A DNA stretch of 64,000 nt, taken from Bacteroidetes bacterium ADurb.Bin145. GTDB lineage: Bacteria > Bacteroidota > Bacteroidia > Bacteroidales > VadinHA17. The position numbers and the translations under genes are program-made. The stretch spans positions 73,627 to 137,626 of the forward strand of contig MWDJ01000005.1 in assembly GCA_002070505.1 (NCBI GenBank), in the 5' to 3' direction. Shown piece by piece: positions 58,791 through 64,000 of the stretch. The notes under the pieces were generated by a model. The model was not told where the DNA came from, did not search any database, and was given only the letters and a program-made list of their open reading frames with translations. Positions within the stretch are counted from its first letter, which is position 1. Each line of letters opens with the position of its first letter.

Positions 58791-59711
58791 ATGAAGAGAC
58801 GGGATTTCCTTAAAACATCGGCTGGGGCCGGACTTATGGCCGGCGCAGCCTTCAGACTCGGCAGGTATGATAATCTGATGACAAGCCGTGCCGGGAATGC
58901 CAAGTATGATATGGTTGCTATCAAGGGTGGCTCTCCGGAAGCTATGTTCGATCTAGGGATACAGGAGCTGGGAGGAATGAAAACATTTGTGAGTAAAGGT
59001 CAGAAAGTCCTTGTCAAACCGAATATCGGATGGGACGTTGTACCTGAATTCGGAGCATGCACAAATCCCCTGCTAGTTGCACGGGTTATAGAGCACGTCC
59101 TGAGAGCCGGAGCCAAAGAAGTTTATGTATTTGATAATTCGGTAGACTACGGACCAAGCTGCTACAAGACTTCCGGTATCGAGAGAGCTGCTAAAAATGC
59201 AGGTGCCAAAGTTGTCCCTGCTCATTCTGAACGCTATTATCAGCAGGTTGAAATCCCTGGCGCTGTAGTGCTTAAGAAAGTCAAGGTGCATGAGGTCCTC
59301 CTTAATACCGACGTTTTCATTAATCTACCCATCCTGAAAGATCATGATACCACAAGAATGACAGCATGCCTTAAAAACATGATGGGCGTGATCTGGGACC
59401 GAAAATGGTGGCATTCAAATAATCTTGACCAGTGTATTGCTGATTATGGGTTGTTTGAAAAGAAACCTTCTCTGCATATACTTGATTGCTATAATGTTAT
59501 GTTTAGAAACGGCCCAAGAGGAATATCAAAACAGGATGTCGTCCAGATGAAATCCCAGATAATTACAACCGACTGGGTGGCAGGAGACACAGCAGCCACA
59601 AGATTACTTGGCATAGAAACATCAAGGATTGCACATGTTCCTCTTGCAAGCAAACTCGGACTCGGGACGATGAATATTGACGCTCTCAATATTAAAAGGA
59701 TTCAAATGTGA
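58791..59711 (+). CDS. DUF362-family protein with twin-arginine (Tat) signal peptide
   Basis: The N-terminus MKRRDFLKTSAGAGLMAGAAF is a Tat consensus. DUF362-type blocks: KVLVKPNIGW, CTNPLLVARVIEHV...GAKEVYVFDN and INLPILKDHDTTRMTACLKNMMGV. There is no Cys-cluster motif. Confidence 0.7.
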   Translation: MKRRDFLKTSAGAGLMAGAAFRLGRYDNLMTSRAGNAKYDMVAIKGGSPEAMFDLGIQELGGMKTFVSKGQKVLVKPNIGWDVVPEFGACTNPLLVARVIEHVLRAGAKEVYVFDNSVDYGPSCYKTSGIERAAKNAGAKVVPAHSERYYQQVEIPGAVVLKKVKVHEVLLNTDVFINLPILKDHDTTRMTACLKNMMGVIWDRKWWHSNNLDQCIADYGLFEKKPSLHILDCYNVMFRNGPRGISKQDVVQMKSQIITTDWVAGDTAATRLLGIETSRIAHVPLASKLGLGTMNIDALNIKRIQM

Positions 59712-59715
59712 TTTG

Positions 59716-61275
59716 ATGAAAACGCCCTTTCTTCGGAAATTCAGAATACTTTTTTCGGCAGTTGTTTTTATCTGTTTCTTTCTTGTATTTGTTGATCTAA
59801 AGAACCTGATACCGGTTAATTATATTAATATACTTCTGTCGTTGCAGTTCATTCCTTCCTTATTGAAGTTTTTTGATCTCAGAACATTCATAACGGCAGG
59901 TTTCATAGCTGTTTTAATTCTGACATTGCTGACGGGAAGGACATATTGCTCATTTTTATGTCCTCTTGGAATAGGCCAGGATTTTTTCAGCAGGATAGGA
60001 GGCCGGATAAGAAAAAAATTCAGGAGATACGGTTATAAAAAACCATTTACTGTAATCAGGTATACGTTACTTGGTATTACAGCCGTAATCACCCTTATTT
60101 GGGGCGTTTATATGCTGACGCTTCTCGATCCTTACAGCATATTCGGAAGGTTCATGACATATTTCGTAAAACCTGTTGTTATTGTTATTAATAACTTTGC
60201 TGAAGGGATACTTGCAAAATTTGATATCTATTCCCTTATTCATGTACCTGTACTGGGTTTCAAGCCGTTTGTCTATATAGTACCTGCTGTATTTGCACTT
60301 CTGATTGGAGGATTATCCCTTACCAAAGGAAGACTTTATTGCAATATGATTTGTCCTGTAGGCACTCTCCTCGGGCTCTTTTCAAAACTCTCCCTGTTCA
60401 GGATCAGGATCGACGAGAGCACTTGTACAAGGTGCGGCAGATGCTCGATAGGATGCAAATCCTCATGCATTGATTTTCTTAGATATGATATTGATGTCAC
60501 ACGTTGTGTCGATTGTTTTAATTGTATAAAAATCTGTCCCGACAAAGCTATCTCATATAGTCTTGTCAGGTTAAAAAAGAAAACTCCTGAAACAGATCCC
60601 GGCAGGCGCAGGTTTGTAGCAGGATCGCTTCTGCTGCTACTTGGTATCCCCACAGTACTGCGGGGCCAGGAAAAGAAGGTTCCTAAAGCAACAAAGCAAT
60701 CAACTGTTAAAGAGGATAAGACTTGTCCGGTTTGTCCCCCGGGAGGTATATCTATTGAAGATTTTCAGCAGGATTGTACAGCTTGCTCCCTTTGTATATC
60801 AAATTGTCCGACAGGTGTTTTGCAGCCGGCCTGGCTTGAATATGGGGTTTCCGGGATCATGCAGCCAGTCATGGATTATCACCGGGGGTTCTGCAATTAC
60901 AATTGCACTAAATGCACCGAGATTTGCCCGACCAATGCGCTCCATCCTTTAGTGCTTGAAGCAAAAAAGCTTACACAGCTGGGGCAGGTCCATTTCATTA
61001 AGGATAACTGCATAGTAAAAAATGAAAAAACCGCCTGCGGTGCCTGTTCCGAATCATGTCCGACAAAAGCGGTATATATGGTTCCTTATGAAGGCGACCT
61101 TGTAATTCCTGAAACAAATCCTGAGATTTGCATCGGATGCGGTCAGTGTGAATATTCCTGTCCCACAACTCCTTACAAAGCAATATTTGTGAACGGAAAT
61201 CCTGTTCATCAGGTAGCTAAAAAACCTGAGAGCACCGAAGCTGAAATAGCTATTCCTGACGAGTTCCCGTTCTGA
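59716..61275 (+). CDS. membrane polyferredoxin, NapH-like N-terminal module fused to a NapG-like 4-cluster module via an internal RRR+TM segment
   Basis: Start set at the ATG at 59716, 4 nt after the DUF362 stop. Membrane motifs YCSFLCPLG and YCNMICPVG (CX3CP). Cys motifs: CTRCGRCSIGC, CVDCFNCIKICP, then GRRRFVAGSLLLLLGIP, then CTACSLCISNCP, CNYNCTKCTEICP, C..CGACSESCP and CIGCGQCEYSCP. Confidence 0.7.
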   Translation: MKTPFLRKFRILFSAVVFICFFLVFVDLKNLIPVNYINILLSLQFIPSLLKFFDLRTFITAGFIAVLILTLLTGRTYCSFLCPLGIGQDFFSRIGGRIRKKFRRYGYKKPFTVIRYTLLGITAVITLIWGVYMLTLLDPYSIFGRFMTYFVKPVVIVINNFAEGILAKFDIYSLIHVPVLGFKPFVYIVPAVFALLIGGLSLTKGRLYCNMICPVGTLLGLFSKLSLFRIRIDESTCTRCGRCSIGCKSSCIDFLRYDIDVTRCVDCFNCIKICPDKAISYSLVRLKKKTPETDPGRRRFVAGSLLLLLGIPTVLRGQEKKVPKATKQSTVKEDKTCPVCPPGGISIEDFQQDCTACSLCISNCPTGVLQPAWLEYGVSGIMQPVMDYHRGFCNYNCTKCTEICPTNALHPLVLEAKKLTQLGQVHFIKDNCIVKNEKTACGACSESCPTKAVYMVPYEGDLVIPETNPEICIGCGQCEYSCPTTPYKAIFVNGNPVHQVAKKPESTEAEIAIPDEFPF

Positions 61276-61381
61276 TCATCCCGCATAGCATCAGTTATGT
61301 CAAATCATAGAAAACATCAGAAATGTTTGCTTTGTGATCTGATTATCAAATATTTTTATTATATTAGTATTTATTGGGGTT

Positions 61382-61801
61382 ATGAGTCCGTCACATATTG
61401 AACATATCGGTATTGCCGTAAAAGATCTGAAATCAGCCGTCAGATTGTACGAAAACCTTCTGGGACGTGAATGCTATAAAATTGAAGAAGTGCCTGGTCA
61501 GAAAGTACGGACTGCCTTCTTCAGAATAGGTGAGGTGAAGATTGAACTTCTTGAATCAACTGACCCTGAAGGACCCATTGGTAAATTCATCGAAAAAAGA
61601 GGTGAAGGAGTACATCATATTGCTTTTGCAGTAAATGATATCGGGAAGCAGCTGGAAATTGCAAGAGACAATAATATAGGACTTATAAACGAGATCCCGC
61701 AGGAAGGAGCGGATGGTCTTGATATAGCTTTTATTCATCCTAAATCAACCTCCGGTGTTCTGATAGAACTCTGTGAAGATAAAAGGAGCGGACCTGAATA
61801 A
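61382..61801 (+). CDS. mce: methylmalonyl-CoA epimerase (VOC/glyoxalase-fold)
   Basis: 139 aa. Motifs IEHIGIAVKDL, VKIELLE, GEGVHHIAFAV and GVLIELCE. Confidence 0.75.
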   Translation: MSPSHIEHIGIAVKDLKSAVRLYENLLGRECYKIEEVPGQKVRTAFFRIGEVKIELLESTDPEGPIGKFIEKRGEGVHHIAFAVNDIGKQLEIARDNNIGLINEIPQEGADGLDIAFIHPKSTSGVLIELCEDKRSGPE

Positions 61802-61813
61802 ATCATAAATGAT

Positions 61814-63025
61814 ATGAACAGGCAGATTGCTGTAAGTGGTAACTCAGGGCCAAAGGTCAGATCAGATTGTGAAATAACAATTGAATTAAAAAACAAAGGT
61901 GGCCTGACTATCGATCTTGAGTCAAGAGTCAAAGTTCTTTATGGAAACTCAATCACTGAACTTTGCAGACAGACCCTGCATTTTTTCGGGATAAAAAATG
62001 CTTATGTTAAGATCTCTGATTCGGGAGCTTTACCGTTTGTGATAACTGCACGTGTTGAAGCTGCTTTAAAGAAACTTATTGATACTAACAGCGAATACCT
62101 TCCTGAAATTACCAATCAGGGAGGCTATTCTTTCTCAAGAGACAGGTTCAGGTTTTCGCGACTCTACGTACCTGGTAATACTCCCAGTCTGATGATAAAT
62201 GCAGGCCTCTATGGAGCTGACGGGATCATCCTTGATCTCGAGGATTCAGTTGCTCCTGATAAAAAGGATGAAGCCAGGATTCTTGTCAGGAACGCGCTTC
62301 GTCAGCTTGATTTCCGGGATGCAGAAAGAATGGTAAGGATAAACCAGTCAGAAAAAGGACTCGAAGATCTGTGGTACGTCGTGCCGCATAATGTGAACCT
62401 GATACTGATACCGAAATGCGAATCGGAAGATGATATACATTTAGTAGAAAATGAGATCAATAAAATCAGGAAAAAGCACAGGATTAATAAAGTCATCTTA
62501 CTGATGCCAATTATAGAGAGCGTATCGGGGATCGAAAATGTGTCGTCTATTGCCAGGGCATCAGAGAATATTGTTGCATTAGCTATCGGACTGGAAGATT
62601 ATACGGCAAGCATTGGTGTGTCAAGGACTTTTGAAGGCAGGGAATCATTCTATGCAAGATCAAGGCTGGTTGTGGCGGCAAAAGCAGCTGGTATTCAGCC
62701 TATTGACTCCGTTTTTTCAGATATTGATGATCTGGAAGGTCTTAAAAGAAGCATTATTGAATCCAGATCACTGGGCTTTGAAGGGATGGGATGCATCCAT
62801 CCCAGGCAGATACCGGTCATCAGTGAGGGTTTTGCTCCAAAGGAAGATGAGATAGAAAAAGCAGTTAAGATCATTCAGGCTTTTGAAGAGGCAAAGAGCA
62901 GGGGACTGGGTGTTGTGGCACTTGGCTCTAAAATGATTGATGCTCCTGTTGTGGCAAGAGCTCAGAAAACGATTGACCTGGCTGTCAGGCTGGGTAAACT
63001 TTCCCGTAACAGGGCTGAAGATTGA
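61814..63025 (+). CDS. citrate lyase gamma (acyl carrier, CitD)-beta (citryl-CoA lyase, CitE) fusion protein
   Basis: The N-terminal ~95 aa resemble CitD (AVSGNSGPKVRSDCEITIEL; DSGALPFVITARVEAAL, compare E. coli DKGALDCILRARLEA). The remainder is HpcH/CitE-like (SRLYVPGNTPSLM, GADGIILDLEDSVAP, IESVSGIEN, LAIGLEDY). Confidence 0.7.
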   Translation: MNRQIAVSGNSGPKVRSDCEITIELKNKGGLTIDLESRVKVLYGNSITELCRQTLHFFGIKNAYVKISDSGALPFVITARVEAALKKLIDTNSEYLPEITNQGGYSFSRDRFRFSRLYVPGNTPSLMINAGLYGADGIILDLEDSVAPDKKDEARILVRNALRQLDFRDAERMVRINQSEKGLEDLWYVVPHNVNLILIPKCESEDDIHLVENEINKIRKKHRINKVILLMPIIESVSGIENVSSIARASENIVALAIGLEDYTASIGVSRTFEGRESFYARSRLVVAAKAAGIQPIDSVFSDIDDLEGLKRSIIESRSLGFEGMGCIHPRQIPVISEGFAPKEDEIEKAVKIIQAFEEAKSRGLGVVALGSKMIDAPVVARAQKTIDLAVRLGKLSRNRAED

Positions 63026-63059
63026 CAGGATAACTGATAAAAATTTAAATGATATTCAT

Positions 63060-64000
63060 ATGGCGGCCAGGACTGTAATAAATGCAGCCGGAAGAGAAGT
63101 TCCGCTGCTGATTAACGGATCACCAGCTGTTCCTTACAAAGGAGTTGGCAGGCACCGTCCTGCAGGAAGGAAATATTCGCCACCAATACCTGTCTGTGCT
63201 GATTATCCGGCTGATGGCAACAAAGTTGTTAAATCGCTGGAAGAAGCTTTACGTAAGTGCGGTCTTAAAGATGGGATGACAATCTCTACACATCATCATA
63301 TGAGGGATGGAGATCTTATCAGCAATGAGGTTTTCAGGATCGCATCAGAAATGGGCGTAAAGGATCTGGTCTGGTTCCCTTCAGCATCATTCCCGTGCAA
63401 CGATCCTTTGATAAGGTATCTGGAGGATGGAACGATCAACAGGATTGAAGGCAGCATGAACGGCCCTCTGGGGATGTTCGTTTCTGAGGGTAAGATGAAA
63501 GGCATGGCAGTACTTCGTTCTCATGGAGGGAGGGTGCAGGCTATCCAGGATGGAGAGGTAAAAATAGATATTGCAGTTCTTGCAGCTCCTACCTGCGATT
63601 CTTTCGGTAACGCTAAAGGAACAGGCGGCGGTTCAGCCTGCGGGGTACTGGGATATGCAAAAGCTGATTCAATTTATGCAAGCAGGGTCATACTTGTAAC
63701 TGATAATCTGGTAGATATACCATGCTTTCCTATGGAGATAGAGGGGAATTATGTCGATTATGTCGTTGTTGCCGATAAGATAGGGATCCCGGAGAAAATA
63801 GTTTCCGGGACCACAAAAATAACTCGCAGCCCTGACCGGCTTCTGATAGCTGAGATGACAGCATCATTTCTCGAAAGATCCGGTATACTGAAGGATGGAG
63901 TCACTATTCAGGCCGGGGCTGGAGGGACATCCCTGGCAATCGCCGTCTTTGTGCATGAGATAATGAAGAAAAATAACTGGAAGGCGAAATTCGGATTCGG
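63060..64000 (+). CDS. citF: citrate lyase alpha subunit (citrate CoA-transferase), 3' end outside window
   Basis: The frame is open from the ATG at 63060 to the window edge. My own translation gives MAARTVINAAGREVP...GMTISTHHHMRDGDLISNEV...RIEGSMNGPLG...HGGRVQAI, matching the CitF signature (ISFHHHxRxGD). It is absent from the ORF track because there is no stop in the window. Confidence 0.75.
   Translation, partial: MAARTVINAAGREVPLLINGSPAVPYKGVGRHRPAGRKYSPPIPVCADYPADGNKVVKSLEEALRKCGLKDGMTISTHHHMRDGDLISNEVFRIASEMGVKDLVWFPSASFPCNDPLIRYLEDGTINRIEGSMNGPLGMFVSEGKMKGMAVLRSHGGRVQAIQDGEVKIDIAVLAAPTCDSFGNAKGTGGGSACGVLGYAKADSIYASRVILVTDNLVDIPCFPMEIEGNYVDYVVVADKIGIPEKIVSGTTKITRSPDRLLIAEMTASFLERSGILKDGVTIQAGAGGTSLAIAVFVHEIMKKNNWKAKFGF

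Overview
The window looks like a chromosomal segment of a Bacteroidota-type genome. It is moderately AT-rich by eye. Several genes are preceded by TAnnTTTG -7-type promoter boxes, one protein carries a T9SS type-B C-terminal sorting domain, and DUF4270, DUF4907 and WbqC-like proteins are present. I call about 51 protein genes and one tRNA-Ser(UGA). Most are housekeeping genes:
- Central carbon metabolism: GTP-type PEP carboxykinase, pyruvate phosphate dikinase, pyruvate kinase.
- Shikimate pathway: aroQ, aroB, aroC.
- Other core functions: htpG, hup, plsY, proS, tilS, nth, xerD, two aminotransferases, kdgK, and a truncated GH2 beta-galactosidase.

I recognised no CRISPR array, transposase, phage genes or known defence system.

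The most unusual content falls in four places:
1. 55.2-61.3 kb holds a larC-larE-larB(-wbqC) nickel-pincer cofactor operon with no LarA-type client in the window. It is divergently paired with a two-gene operon: a twin-arginine-exported DUF362 protein and a membrane polyferredoxin. The polyferredoxin reads like a NapH-NapG fusion with an internal RRR-plus-TM segment. I consider this a candidate undescribed periplasmic redox system.
2. 50.8-55.1 kb holds two paralogous secreted or lipoprotein-type proteins. Each has an extreme Tyr/Trp/Asn/Gly-rich core and a Ser/Arg-rich tail, one with six in-frame 42-nt tandem repeats. They share a promoter-proximal motif and are followed by a FadL/PorV-like outer-membrane barrel.
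3. 18.4-21.0 kb holds a CuA-like cupredoxin fused to a NapH/NosR-like Fe-S membrane protein, followed by a CBM9/DOMON-like protein.
4. A 133-nt nested palindrome abuts the 3' end of tRNA-Ser.

All functional calls rest on motif and architecture recognition by eye. No database search was run.
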